IMG/VR virus record: IMGVR_UViG_3300005805_000397
Location: 1-26,739 of that record
Reading direction: 5' to 3' (one strand)
Source: a virus
Taxonomy: Duplodnaviria; Caudoviricetes
DNA length: 26,739 nt
The stretch's first letter is position 1. Each line of letters opens with the position of its first letter. Below, one piece after another: positions 7,687 through 16,676 of the stretch. Both the position numbers and the translations under genes were made by a program. The notes below the pieces were generated by a model. It worked only from the letters and a program-made list of their open reading frames with translations, made no database searches and was not told where the DNA came from.

Positions 7687-10600
7687 TTACTACATCCTCC
7701 ATTATCACTGTACCGTCTTTTGTTTTACCAAGCTCAAACTTATATACATTTCCTGGTTGTACATTCATATATGCTTTTGGAAATGCTGTTGGAAATACTG
7801 TTATTGCATGTAGTTCTCTACCAGAATCTGCCACAGTAAGAGATGCCATTTTTTTACCAGCCTTAGTTATTCTTGGCTTGAAAGAAACAACAAACATTTC
7901 ATCATCTTTATATGGCAACATCTTATAGTTTAAAAATTTAATCAAGGCATCGGATGAATTAGATATTTCATCAACAGGTACTGCAGAAACAACCCTATTA
8001 TCATTTGCAAGAATAATATAAGTACGACCAGCCTCAATAGTCGTATTCTCTTCATCAAATATACCCACGCTTCCTGTTTTATCTAACAGCTCTATCCTTG
8101 ACCAGCCTTTTGCTCTCTTAATAGATTTTACCATACCCATCAGAATAAAAGCACCTTTTTCTTCATATTCTTCAATGTCATTTATATATGCATAGTAATG
8201 CTGTGGTATTGGCATATTAAATTCTGGAAGGTTAAGATACTCATAAAGATTTTCTCTCACCTTGTTTTGGTCTGATGGATTGTCTGAAAATGTAAGCGCA
8301 CCAATAGCATTCATTGCCTGAAGTGCACGACTATTGACTCCATTGCCTTTTGTAAATGTAAACTCTTCTACATGCTTATATGAAGAGAATGGACGAGCAG
8401 CAATGTACCTATCAGCAATAGTATCAGAGATATACTTAATAGCGGAGAGTCCAAATCTAATACCTTTACCCTCAATTTTAAAATCTTTGTCCGAATCATT
8501 AATATGAGGCAACTTAATTGGAATACCCATTCTTTTTGCTTCAATTAGATACTCCGTTCTTGTATCTTTGTCCTTCTCATTTTTAAGAAGTGAATACATA
8601 AATTCTAATGGATAGTGATACTTTAACCACGCCGTCCAATAAGAGAGCGTAGAGTAAGCAACCGCATGAGACTTGTTGAACGAGTACCCCGCATGCGCCT
8701 CAAAATCGTGCCACAGATCCAAAGCGGCATTAGGAGAAATATAAGCAGAAGCGCCCTTAACAAACTTGTCTTGGAATTCGTTGAACTCTCTTGCATCTTT
8801 TTTCTTACCAATAATCTTTCTTACTTTATCTGCTTCTGCCATAGTCATGCCACCAAGCTCAACGCATGCTTGCATAACCTGCTCTTGGTATAGGATACAC
8901 CCATATGTTTCTTCTGTAAAAGGCTTTAATACTTGATGCATATAGTCAATATTTTGTCTACCATGCTTACGAGCAATATAATCTTTACCAATAGTATTCA
9001 TTGCTCCAGGACGTACTAGCGCATTTGATGCAGCAAGTTCTGCCAAACTCTTTACACCCATCTTAACAAGAAGATTGGTATATGGAGTTGCTTCGCACTG
9101 AAATACTCCCTTTGTATATCCATCAGAAAGCATTTGATAAACATTTTTATCTTGCATATCAAGATTTAAAAGATCAATCTTTTTATCATATCTTTCTTCA
9201 ATAATATCAAGTGTATCCTTAAGAACACTCAAGGTTTTTAATCCAAGAGCATCAATTTTGATAAGACCTATTCTTTCTGCCTCTTCCATGTCTACACCAA
9301 CAACTGGAATTCTTTCATCTGATCCAGTAGAACTACGTGTTTCCATTGGGGCATATTTAAATATGGGCTCTTTACTTGTTACAACACCTGCAGCATGAAT
9401 TCCTGTTCCACGAATACGGCCACGAAGTTGATCTCCATAAGCTACCACTTCAGGATACTTATCTCTGAACCAAGCAGAATTTTTAGATGTACAAAACTCG
9501 TCCCAAGTATCAACTGTTTTAAGAACCTTATTAACATCTGGAAGTGGTATATTAAGAGCTCTTGAAACATCTCGTACAACTCCCTTATCTTTAAATTCTA
9601 AGAAAGTAGCAATAGAAGCAACATGGCGATACTGTCTTACTAGATAATCTTTGACTTCATCACGACGAGAGTCTTGAATGTCTGTATCAATGTCTGGGAA
9701 GTCATTACGCTCTGGATTGATAAATCGGAAGAATAAAAGTCCATGCTCAATCGGATCAATCTCTGTTATACCAAGAAGATAACAAAGCAAGGAGCCAGCA
9801 GACGATCCACGACCTGGACCAACCATTATGCCTTCCTTCTTTGCCCAGTTAATCATATTTCGCACAACAAGGAAGTAAGGGGCAAACTTCTTTTCTTTGA
9901 TGATGTCAAGCTCTTCATGTAGTCTTAACTCATACTTATCATTTCCAAGCCAGCTAGATGTTAGCTTTTTTTCCTCTAAACTTGCAAAGGCAAGATTTCC
10001 CAATTCGCTGTCAGGATTTTTATATTGAACTGGTAAAAGTGTAAGGCCAGACCTAATATCATAGTCTTCTACCTTATTATAAATATCAATAGTAGACTGG
10101 AACATTTCTTCATTATCAATACCCTGCTTTGCCATTGAACCTTTCATTTCTTCATATGAAAGTAAATGAATATCAAATGATCTAAATGACATTTGACGAT
10201 CTGATCCATAAAGATAGTCAAGACGATCCATCATATCGTCATGCTTTTTAGATTTATCATATGTTACATCTTTTTGTAACTTAGCATGGGTATTGAGAAT
10301 AAGCATTAACTCTTGTATTTCTTTTTGACTTGTATCAGAATGGTGGCAGTCTGGGGTAACAACAATCTTTACATCCATAGACTTAGCCAAACTAATCAAT
10401 CCTTTATTTACTTTTTCAGGATTATGTGGCATTACCTCAATATAATAATCATCGGCGAATGTATCTTTAAACCACTTAATATGTTTCTTTGCTATTGCTA
10501 GTTCATCTAGCTCTACCGCTTTTGCTATCCAACCACTAAGGCATGCAGAGGTAACAATAATTCCTTCTTTGTACTTTTCAAGTATTTCAAAATCAAATCT

Positions 10601-10966
10601 AGGCTTGCTAAAGAATCCTTCAGTCCAAGCAATTTCGTTTATCTTGTTTAGGTTTTCTAGACCCTGTTGGTTCTTGGCTAGAAGAACTATATGATGATAG
10701 TTTTGATCTAAAGGATCTGTTCTATCAGCTTTTGCTCTATTATCAAAGCGATTGCTAGTCATATATCCTTCTACGCCAAGAATAGGTTTAATACCTGCTT
10801 CTTTCGCAAGGCGATACATTTCACGGTGTCCAGAAAGAGTTCCATGATCTGTAATAGCAATTGCTGGCATACCCAGTTCAACTGCTCTAGTTACATATTC
10901 TTGCGGAGTAGCCACACCATCCATCAGCGAGTAATGTGTGTGGACATGAAGCCCAACGTAATTCAC
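7679..10966 (-). CDS. dnaE: DNA polymerase III alpha subunit (DnaE-type, family C)
   Basis: PHP domain (HVHTHYS, TDHG, GVE, PDCH), GPGRGSSAGS, catalytic PDIDTD, GIHAAGVV, KIDALGL, YSFNKSH, C-terminal OB folds. Confidence 0.96.
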   Translation of the reverse strand: MNYVGLHVHTHYSLMDGVATPQEYVTRAVELGMPAIAITDHGTLSGHREMYRLAKEAGIKPILGVEGYMTSNRFDNRAKADRTDPLDQNYHHIVLLAKNQQGLENLNKINEIAWTEGFFSKPRFDFEILEKYKEGIIVTSACLSGWIAKAVELDELAIAKKHIKWFKDTFADDYYIEVMPHNPEKVNKGLISLAKSMDVKIVVTPDCHHSDTSQKEIQELMLILNTHAKLQKDVTYDKSKKHDDMMDRLDYLYGSDRQMSFRSFDIHLLSYEEMKGSMAKQGIDNEEMFQSTIDIYNKVEDYDIRSGLTLLPVQYKNPDSELGNLAFASLEEKKLTSSWLGNDKYELRLHEELDIIKEKKFAPYFLVVRNMINWAKKEGIMVGPGRGSSAGSLLCYLLGITEIDPIEHGLLFFRFINPERNDFPDIDTDIQDSRRDEVKDYLVRQYRHVASIATFLEFKDKGVVRDVSRALNIPLPDVNKVLKTVDTWDEFCTSKNSAWFRDKYPEVVAYGDQLRGRIRGTGIHAAGVVTSKEPIFKYAPMETRSSTGSDERIPVVGVDMEEAERIGLIKIDALGLKTLSVLKDTLDIIEERYDKKIDLLNLDMQDKNVYQMLSDGYTKGVFQCEATPYTNLLVKMGVKSLAELAASNALVRPGAMNTIGKDYIARKHGRQNIDYMHQVLKPFTEETYGCILYQEQVMQACVELGGMTMAEADKVRKIIGKKKDAREFNEFQDKFVKGASAYISPNAALDLWHDFEAHAGYSFNKSHAVAYSTLSYWTAWLKYHYPLEFMYSLLKNEKDKDTRTEYLIEAKRMGIPIKLPHINDSDKDFKIEGKGIRFGLSAIKYISDTIADRYIAARPFSSYKHVEEFTFTKGNGVNSRALQAMNAIGALTFSDNPSDQNKVRENLYEYLNLPEFNMPIPQHYYAYINDIEEYEEKGAFILMGMVKSIKRAKGWSRIELLDKTGSVGIFDEENTTIEAGRTYIILANDNRVVSAVPVDEISNSSDALIKFLNYKMLPYKDDEMFVVSFKPRITKAGKKMASLTVADSGRELHAITVFPTAFPKAYMNVQPGNVYKFELGKTKDGTVIMEDVVSV

Positions 10967-10969
10967 TGA

Positions 10970-11623
10970 TTACCAGTCAACGTTTGTTGATGTAACAGAT
11001 GGGGTATCAAATCCAAAGTAAAATGCTTCCTGCTCTGGATATGGTACTTCACGAACAACCTTCTCAAGATTGAAGGGCTCAATACTTTCCCATGCAAATG
11101 GCTCAGCATCTGGTGCCGATGGAATCAAAGTATAGTTTGTCTCTGTTCCTTGACCATTTCTCTTTAACTTCCACTGAACATTAGAAACACTGCCAGTCTC
11201 TAGTGCATATTCACGAATTGTATTAAATGCTGACTGCTTGCTAATACCCTGTGACCAAACAGCCACGTATGGGGCTTCTAGGCCGTCATCTACAAGAACA
11301 TTGGTATAGAAGCGAAGACGGGCTCTCCATCCGCTCTTAGGCTCCTTACGAGCCATTTCACAGCCAAAACAGCGACCTTCTGACTCCTGTGTACAGGCAG
11401 CCTTACGCTTATAGTCCTTCGGATTGGTATGCTCTGACACAACTACTGCCAAGCCACGATCTTCATTAAAATGAGCAGAGTCCGAATCAAGCTCATTTAC
11501 AAATCTAATTTTTGCAGACTGTCCATCTGCTAACTTAACCCAACGTACCTTAAGTCCAGTACCTTCTGACTTAGGCTTTTCTACTAATGCATTGATATTT
11601 TTTAATCCTTTTACGATTGCCAT
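10970..11623 (-). CDS. Single-stranded DNA-binding protein (gp32-like OB fold with a Zn site)
   Basis: KLADGQSAKIRF, H...C-x7-CxxC, KLKRNGQGTETNY; located between primase and polymerase; AAGGAG upstream. Confidence 0.75.
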   Translation of the reverse strand: MAIVKGLKNINALVEKPKSEGTGLKVRWVKLADGQSAKIRFVNELDSDSAHFNEDRGLAVVVSEHTNPKDYKRKAACTQESEGRCFGCEMARKEPKSGWRARLRFYTNVLVDDGLEAPYVAVWSQGISKQSAFNTIREYALETGSVSNVQWKLKRNGQGTETNYTLIPSAPDAEPFAWESIEPFNLEKVVREVPYPEQEAFYFGFDTPSVTSTNVDW

Positions 11624-11649
11624 TTTATTTTTTTCTCCTTGTGTTTTTT

Positions 11650-12582
11650 CTATTGTAGCATAGCGATAATAGAATTGTCAAACTTATACTCAAGCCGTCT
11701 AATTGAATCATCGTCCATGTCACCTATATCTTTGTATTTTTTATCTATATTTATTATTGTTATTTGAGATCCAAGTCTTTCAACAAGTTTCTCTGACATT
11801 ATTTTTCCTGCTTCATCGTTATCTGCAATCAAAACTATGTTATTAAAATATTTTTTTAATAACTCAATTTGTGATACAGAAACATTAGCCCCAAGCGTTG
11901 CTACTGCTGGGAATCCTACCTGATCTAATCTAATAGCATCAAAAGAAGATTCTACTACATATACTGTAGCAGAACTTTTAATTCTATGTAGATTAAATAA
12001 TACTTTGCTTTTGGGAAGTCCTGGGGTATTTTTAAAATCTTTACCCTCAACAGTTCTTGCAACAAAACCAATAGTCATTCCATCTGGAGAATGTATTGGT
12101 ATTGTAACTGAATCTTGCTTTTCAGAATAACCAAGACTAAACTTTGCAACAGATTCTTTTGTTATTTTTCTTCCTTCAAAATATCTTATTGCTCTTGGAG
12201 ACTCTAGTGCCTGAACATTTAGTCTTTTAATTAATACCTCGTCATATTGAATAAAATCTGGTTTAGCATATAAAGCTTTATTAACAACAGAAGATATATT
12301 AGATTCTTTTTCTTTACTTTTAATATACCTTAATGCTTCAAAATATGTTCTGCCAGAAACATGCATGACTAGTTCTGTAAGATTCTTGGTGGTTTGACAT
12401 CCAAAACAAAAAAACAAGCCAGATTCCTTAGATACCTCGCCAGCTGGTGTGCGAGTATTGCTATGGTATGGGCAATAAATAATATAATCTAGACCAAACT
12501 CTGCTTCTATATCTACGCCTGCTCCGTTTAGTACTCTTTTTATTTGTTCTTCTGTATATATATCGTTATTTTTGTTCTTCAT
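11650..12582 (-). CDS. dnaG: DNA primase (Zn finger plus TOPRIM)
   Basis: CPYH...FFCFGC Zn-binding domain; TOPRIM VVESSFDA...IADNDEAG...KDIGD. Start taken at ATG 12582 (ORF track extends to 12612). Confidence 0.9.
   Translation of the reverse strand: MKNKNNDIYTEEQIKRVLNGAGVDIEAEFGLDYIIYCPYHSNTRTPAGEVSKESGLFFCFGCQTTKNLTELVMHVSGRTYFEALRYIKSKEKESNISSVVNKALYAKPDFIQYDEVLIKRLNVQALESPRAIRYFEGRKITKESVAKFSLGYSEKQDSVTIPIHSPDGMTIGFVARTVEGKDFKNTPGLPKSKVLFNLHRIKSSATVYVVESSFDAIRLDQVGFPAVATLGANVSVSQIELLKKYFNNIVLIADNDEAGKIMSEKLVERLGSQITIINIDKKYKDIGDMDDDSIRRLEYKFDNSIIAMLQ
11652..11681 (-). promoter_or_regulatory. Near-consensus sigma70/SigA-type promoter embedded in the primase 3' end
   Basis: Minus strand TTGACA-N18-TACAAT, with extended TG (TGC-TACAAT), just upstream of the SSB gene. 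Confidence 0.65.
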
Positions 12583-13789
12583 AGTCTTTATATTTGTAAT
12601 ATCCTCTGTCAAAATCTACTTGTACTAAAAAGTCCCCCATAAATCCATTTCTATTTTTTCTAAATACACATTCAATGATATCACTATTTGTTGCACGACC
12701 TAGTGCCATTACCCAGTCAGCATCGTATGCAATTTGTCTTGACCATGCTGTTTGACCAAGAGTTGGTGCACTACTAAGATCTTTGACATCATCTGGGGTA
12801 GCAGAAGAGATAGCAATAATAGGAACCTCTTCACTAATAGCCATAAGCTTTAGCTCACGAGATAAGTTCTTCATGCGTACCGTCTCATTGTCAGACTTTT
12901 GATTTGGAGACATAAGTTGAAGATAATCAACAACAACAAAGTCTGGCTTATACTGATCAATCTTTCCACGAATCACAGATGGAGTGACTTCTCCACCAGA
13001 GTCGTTGGAGATTATATGAAATGCTGGCTTACCTTCAAGCTTACTGTTATGCCACTTCTTTAGCATATCAATTTCTACTTCACCATTACTTAGCTTACGA
13101 TGTGACCACAATCCCTCACCCATAATTGCAAATACACGATTACGAACTTCGGTTTCTGACATTTCAAGAGAAATGATTAGCGGAGATTTGCCTTGCTTCC
13201 AAGCTTGCACTGCAAAGTAAAGAGCAAGCCAGGACTTTCCAATACCTGGATATGCTAGGAAAACACCAAGCTGTCCTGGCATAATCCCAGATGGGAGATA
13301 ATTGTCAAATCCTGGCAGCCCAGTTTTGATTCCAACTTGCCCAGACTCTTTCATCTTTTGGACGTTTTCGTAATAGGCAACGGCAGAATCAAGATCAGTA
13401 ACATCTACATCTCTGATAGCAGATGTATTCTTTTTTAGTTCAGAAGTCTTTGTAATTAATTGCTCTAGTGCTTGTGCTCCATTACCGCCTTGAACATCTG
13501 TAGCAGCATTTCTTAAAATATCTTTAAGGCTGTCATTTAGGTATTCAGTTTGTAATTCATCTAAATGATGCTTAGTTGCACCAACATCTGGCACTAAATT
13601 AAAATCTCTAAACTTTTCAATAACCAATGATGATGGTGGAACAGATCCATTAATATCAAAATAGTGCCTAATAAAGTTCCAGACATCGCTGTGTGTACGC
13701 AAAAGATTATCTAAGTTTGCTTGTAACAATACGTGCATCTGTTTATCGTTAAGTACAGCAGATATTACTTTTGCCTCTGAATTATTCAC
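12566..13789 (-). CDS. dnaB: DnaB-like replicative helicase
   Basis: Walker A AYPGIGKS, SLEMS, Walker B VVVDYLQLM, IAYDAD, KNRNG. Confidence 0.95.
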   Translation of the reverse strand: MNNSEAKVISAVLNDKQMHVLLQANLDNLLRTHSDVWNFIRHYFDINGSVPPSSLVIEKFRDFNLVPDVGATKHHLDELQTEYLNDSLKDILRNAATDVQGGNGAQALEQLITKTSELKKNTSAIRDVDVTDLDSAVAYYENVQKMKESGQVGIKTGLPGFDNYLPSGIMPGQLGVFLAYPGIGKSWLALYFAVQAWKQGKSPLIISLEMSETEVRNRVFAIMGEGLWSHRKLSNGEVEIDMLKKWHNSKLEGKPAFHIISNDSGGEVTPSVIRGKIDQYKPDFVVVDYLQLMSPNQKSDNETVRMKNLSRELKLMAISEEVPIIAISSATPDDVKDLSSAPTLGQTAWSRQIAYDADWVMALGRATNSDIIECVFRKNRNGFMGDFLVQVDFDRGYYKYKDYEEQK

Positions 13790-14090
13790 TCAACCACTTC
13801 CTAGCTAATTTTCTACGTTCTGCACGTTCTTTAATATCTAACTGAACCTCAAGTTTACCATTTAATATTTTTTCTGCATTATAAGCAAAAAAGTTCCAAT
13901 TAGGATCTTGTGCAACCCTAAAGTAATAGTCCAAAAGATCATAACAATCTTTAATGCCGTAGGACTCTACCAAGGCATCTGCAGCCCATTGTTCTACATT
14001 TAGATTAAGATTAGACTTTTGCTCGTATCTCTGCAAATGAAGTTTATTGTAGCGACTGAGCAAAGCCATTCGGTCTTTGCGCTCAGCCAC
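13782..14090 (-). CDS. Hypothetical helical protein upstream of the helicase (possible loader/initiator accessory)
   Basis: 102-aa ORF overlapping the dnaB start; function inferred from position only. Confidence 0.6.
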   Translation of the reverse strand: MAERKDRMALLSRYNKLHLQRYEQKSNLNLNVEQWAADALVESYGIKDCYDLLDYYFRVAQDPNWNFFAYNAEKILNGKLEVQLDIKERAERRKLARKWLSE

Positions 14091-14091
14091 T

Positions 14092-14301
14092 TTATTCCAT
14101 CTCTAGAGATTCTTTAGCTTCTTTTACCTTTGCAACAAGCTCTGACTCAACAAAACCATAAACACGGTCCATTGCCTGCTTTACATTTTCCTCATTACGA
14201 GCACTATCTGTTACTGCAAGATCTACTCGTAAAGACTGAAAGTTTCCTAGATTAAGTGTGTATCCAAGTGTTACAGATACCTTTGTGTCATTGTTTTCCA
14301 T
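14092..14301 (-). CDS. Hypothetical phage protein, 69 aa
   Basis: Start re-assigned to ATG 14301 (MENNDTKVSVTLGYTLNLGNFQSLRVDL) behind GGGAGG; the longer track ORF overlaps the upstream gene. Confidence 0.7.
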   Translation of the reverse strand: MENNDTKVSVTLGYTLNLGNFQSLRVDLAVTDSARNEENVKQAMDRVYGFVESELVAKVKEAKESLEME

Positions 14302-14320
14302 TACTACCCCTCCCAAGGTT

Positions 14321-14863
14321 TTAAATGCTCTCTGTCCAAACTGGTATAAATCTACCATCTGGAGTTTTCGTATATGTAAGTATACCATCGCCCATTCTGC
14401 GTGTCAACTCCTGCGATGTAGGAGTTTGATTGTTTGTTATTAAGTTGTCTTTTCTTGGTCTACCAATATGTCTAGATGCTAGTATATCACGTATCTCTTT
14501 TACTTGTACCTCTGAATAATAAGATCTTATTTGCCAACCTCTTTCGCCATTAACTTTTGATCCAGTTGGCGGTGGAATGACTCCCCATTTTATTAATCTT
14601 GGAAAATATTTTCTATGTCTGTTTACTAAAACAGCAGTTTCTGCTACAGTATAAGCTTTCTGTCTATTTTTTCTAAAATCAGAACGCAAACATGTTTCAA
14701 GTCTATCTTTAGTTATATTATAAACAGTTACCATTCCAGTTGATCTAGAACTATGGTGTAATCTTACAAGATCTCCATTTAAAAAATAAACTTTTTTATT
14801 TCCAGATATTACAGGGTCGTTATTGTACTCTTGGCTAACAATTTTTCCTTTGCCAGTAGCCAT
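14321..14863 (-). CDS. DNA-binding protein with a MerR/excisionase-like winged HTH
   Basis: AYTVAETAVLVNRHRKYFPRLIKWGVIPPP...RSYYSEVQVKEIRDIL; GGAGGG RBS. Confidence 0.65.
   Translation of the reverse strand: MATGKGKIVSQEYNNDPVISGNKKVYFLNGDLVRLHHSSRSTGMVTVYNITKDRLETCLRSDFRKNRQKAYTVAETAVLVNRHRKYFPRLIKWGVIPPPTGSKVNGERGWQIRSYYSEVQVKEIRDILASRHIGRPRKDNLITNNQTPTSQELTRRMGDGILTYTKTPDGRFIPVWTESI
14379..14407 (-). promoter_or_regulatory. Near-consensus sigma70/SigA-type promoter embedded in the MerR-like gene, upstream of the replication genes
   Basis: Minus strand TTGACA-N17-TATACT, with extended TG (TGG-TATACT). Confidence 0.68.
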
Positions 14864-14997
14864 CTTCCCTCCGAAGTATCAATCGGTGGATGAAAAAATT
14901 TTCTATCGCCACACATAACACAGAATGTTTCTAGATGATCAATAGAGCTATATTGACGATCTACAAATACTCTTCCGTTACATCTTTTACAATTCAT
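14809..14997 (-). CDS. Small zinc-ribbon protein, 62 aa
   Basis: MNCKRCNGRVFVD...FCVMCGDR (two CxxC). Start moved to ATG 14997 behind AGGA. Confidence 0.72.
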   Translation of the reverse strand: MNCKRCNGRVFVDRQYSSIDHLETFCVMCGDRKFFHPPIDTSEGRWLLAKEKLLAKSTITTL

Positions 14998-15041
14998 TTT
15001 TTTTCCTATAGAATATAAAGTATACAATCTTATTTAATATA

Positions 15042-15617
15042 TTAAGACTTATTTTCATTTGATAGCCACTCTTCTTCGGTTATATTATTTCTAATTACAT
15101 CAAGATATGATGGCCCTTTAGTAAAAAACCAATGATCTGGTTCTACAAAATGAAAAAAAATCATTTGAACATAATTAGTTTCTGGCTCTGGAAATTTTTC
15201 TCTCCAGTGAAGCTGATCGTTGCCATAGTATGCTAAAGCTTGATTTGGCTTTAATGTATATGGAATACCTTCAACATATATATCCCACGGGTATTTTTGA
15301 AAAATACATAAATCAATTGTATATGTACAAGCATTATCATCTTTGTGTTTAATTAAATTTGCATTAACACCCTCGTAATGAGAAAAAAGTGTATAACTTG
15401 GTAATAAATATTCATTATTAAATATTTTTCTAGCTAAAGGAGTTATTAAATATGCATAATTTTGAAGTTCTGGAAGCACGGCATTTGAAACAACCCACCT
15501 AGAAAGATCTTCTTGATAATGTCCAGACTTAGGATCTGGAAATAATGACTTTATATTATTGAAATCATTGTCATTAAATACAGAGTCTAAAACGACTGGA
15601 TCTTTTATATCATGCAT
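15042..15617 (-). CDS. 2OG-Fe(II) oxygenase-family protein
   Basis: HxD (LIKHKDD), distal His/Arg (QLHWRE), YVQMIFFHF: the double-stranded beta-helix pattern of phage prolyl-hydroxylase-like enzymes. Start taken at ATG 15617. Confidence 0.8.
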   Translation of the reverse strand: MHDIKDPVVLDSVFNDNDFNNIKSLFPDPKSGHYQEDLSRWVVSNAVLPELQNYAYLITPLARKIFNNEYLLPSYTLFSHYEGVNANLIKHKDDNACTYTIDLCIFQKYPWDIYVEGIPYTLKPNQALAYYGNDQLHWREKFPEPETNYVQMIFFHFVEPDHWFFTKGPSYLDVIRNNITEEEWLSNENKS

Positions 15618-15810
15618 TGTGTTGGCTTTGATCTGATATTTTAGCAAGAACACTTTCTGAATATTGTTCTATAGCAGCTTCTTTTTCATTTTTTTCATTA
15701 ATTAATTGTGTAATTTCTGCACGAATAATTGCAATTTGTGTTTCATAATTTGAAACCAATTCACCAATTCTTTGCTGCAATGCTGCAACTATTAATTCTG
15801 TTTTCTGCAT
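15610..15810 (-). CDS. Small coiled-coil protein
   Basis: Heptad pattern LQQRIGELVSNYETQIAIIRAEITQL. Confidence 0.65.
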   Translation of the reverse strand: MQKTELIVAALQQRIGELVSNYETQIAIIRAEITQLINEKNEKEAAIEQYSESVLAKISDQSQHNA

Positions 15811-15811
15811 A

Positions 15812-16033
15812 TTATTCCCCTATACCTAGTTTACCATACTCTTCTAACAAAATTGATTTTTTAGCATTTTCATTCTTAAGCTCTTTATTAAGATCATTAA
15901 TTATATCTATATTTGGATTTTCTAGTGCCCCCTCTGCTATTATTTTTAAATTAATAGCATATATTAATGAAACACAGTCCTTAATATAATCTTGTATTAT
16001 ATTAGCCTTTTCATATTTGTTTAATTCAAACAT
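15812..16033 (-). CDS. Small helical-hairpin/coiled-coil protein
   Basis: 73-aa amphipathic helical ORF with 1-2 bp spacing to its neighbours. Confidence 0.6.
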   Translation of the reverse strand: MFELNKYEKANIIQDYIKDCVSLIYAINLKIIAEGALENPNIDIINDLNKELKNENAKKSILLEEYGKLGIGE

Positions 16034-16035
16034 TA

Positions 16036-16344
16036 TTAATTAATTCGTCTTCCATTATCATCAACAACATCTGGGATTGATGATGGGTTTGTTTCTATTG
16101 GCCCCCATTTTCCTATAGGACATGATGCATGTGGAAGCCTTGCTTTTTCAGTCATAAAACATCCACATTTCTTGCAAGTTTTAGTTAATTGAATTAATGA
16201 TGGACATTTTAGACATCCCTCTTTATATCTATAATTAAAAATATCATCATCTACACGACCAATTTTTGGATTTATTAAATCCCAAGGTCTAACAGTGTCC
16301 CCTGCATTTTTTTCTTTCCATAACTGCCAATTGCTTTTAGACAT
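16036..16344 (-). CDS. Cys-rich small protein (CxxC...CxxCGC...CPxGKW; DUF6171-like)
   Basis: CLKCPSLIQLTKTCKKCGCFMTEKARLPHASCPIGKW. Start at ATG 16344 behind GAGGAG. Confidence 0.72.
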   Translation of the reverse strand: MSKSNWQLWKEKNAGDTVRPWDLINPKIGRVDDDIFNYRYKEGCLKCPSLIQLTKTCKKCGCFMTEKARLPHASCPIGKWGPIETNPSSIPDVVDDNGRRIN

Positions 16345-16345
16345 T

Positions 16346-16618
16346 TTACTCCTCAATAGGGGTATCTTGTTGATCTGGCTCTAAACTTTCTATAAAAAAT
16401 TGTTGTGTTTCATAGTCCCACTTAGTACCTATTTTAATAATTCCACCGTCTTGAACTAATTGTCCAGTTACATCTATAATTAATGGGCTGCTAGTAAATA
16501 TTGCAGATAATCTTTCATCAGTATGTAATATATCAACAACCTCTCCATCTAAAACAAATGCTATTTTTATAGGCGGAAGCTGTTGTTCTTGAACATTATT
16601 ATTTATTTCTTCTGACAT
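16346..16618 (-). CDS. Small acidic beta protein, possible tail-fibre/adhesin assembly factor
   Basis: IAFVLDGEVVDI...IGTKWDYETQQF resembles small proteins encoded next to phage fibre genes; AAGGAG RBS at 16624-16629. Confidence 0.6.
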   Translation of the reverse strand: MSEEINNNVQEQQLPPIKIAFVLDGEVVDILHTDERLSAIFTSSPLIIDVTGQLVQDGGIIKIGTKWDYETQQFFIESLEPDQQDTPIEE

Positions 16619-16642
16619 TTTTTCTCCTTTTTGATTATTTCT

Positions 16643-16651
16643 ATTATACCA
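16643..16651 (-). promoter_or_regulatory. Extended -10 promoter (TGGTATAAT) for the 16618->15042 cassette
   Basis: Perfect TGnTATAAT in an intergenic gap upstream of a strong RBS; the same motif occurs at 21815-21823. Confidence 0.6.
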
Positions 16652-16676
16652 GAATCAAGGCTTTTTGAAAAGTATA

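Noticed and set aside
8620-8730. Locally GC-richer patch in dnaE with short overlapping ORFs (8623..8811, 8666..8893)
   Set aside because: It coincides with the conserved FEAHAGYSFNKSHAVAYS motif and has no insertion, intein or intron signature. A recombination patch is possible but unsupported.
15034-15045. Perfect 12-bp palindrome TTAATATATTAA at the boundary between the cassette and the replication genes
   Set aside because: It is AT-only in a very AT-rich gap, has no GC stem typical of an intrinsic terminator and no second copy was noticed; likely chance.
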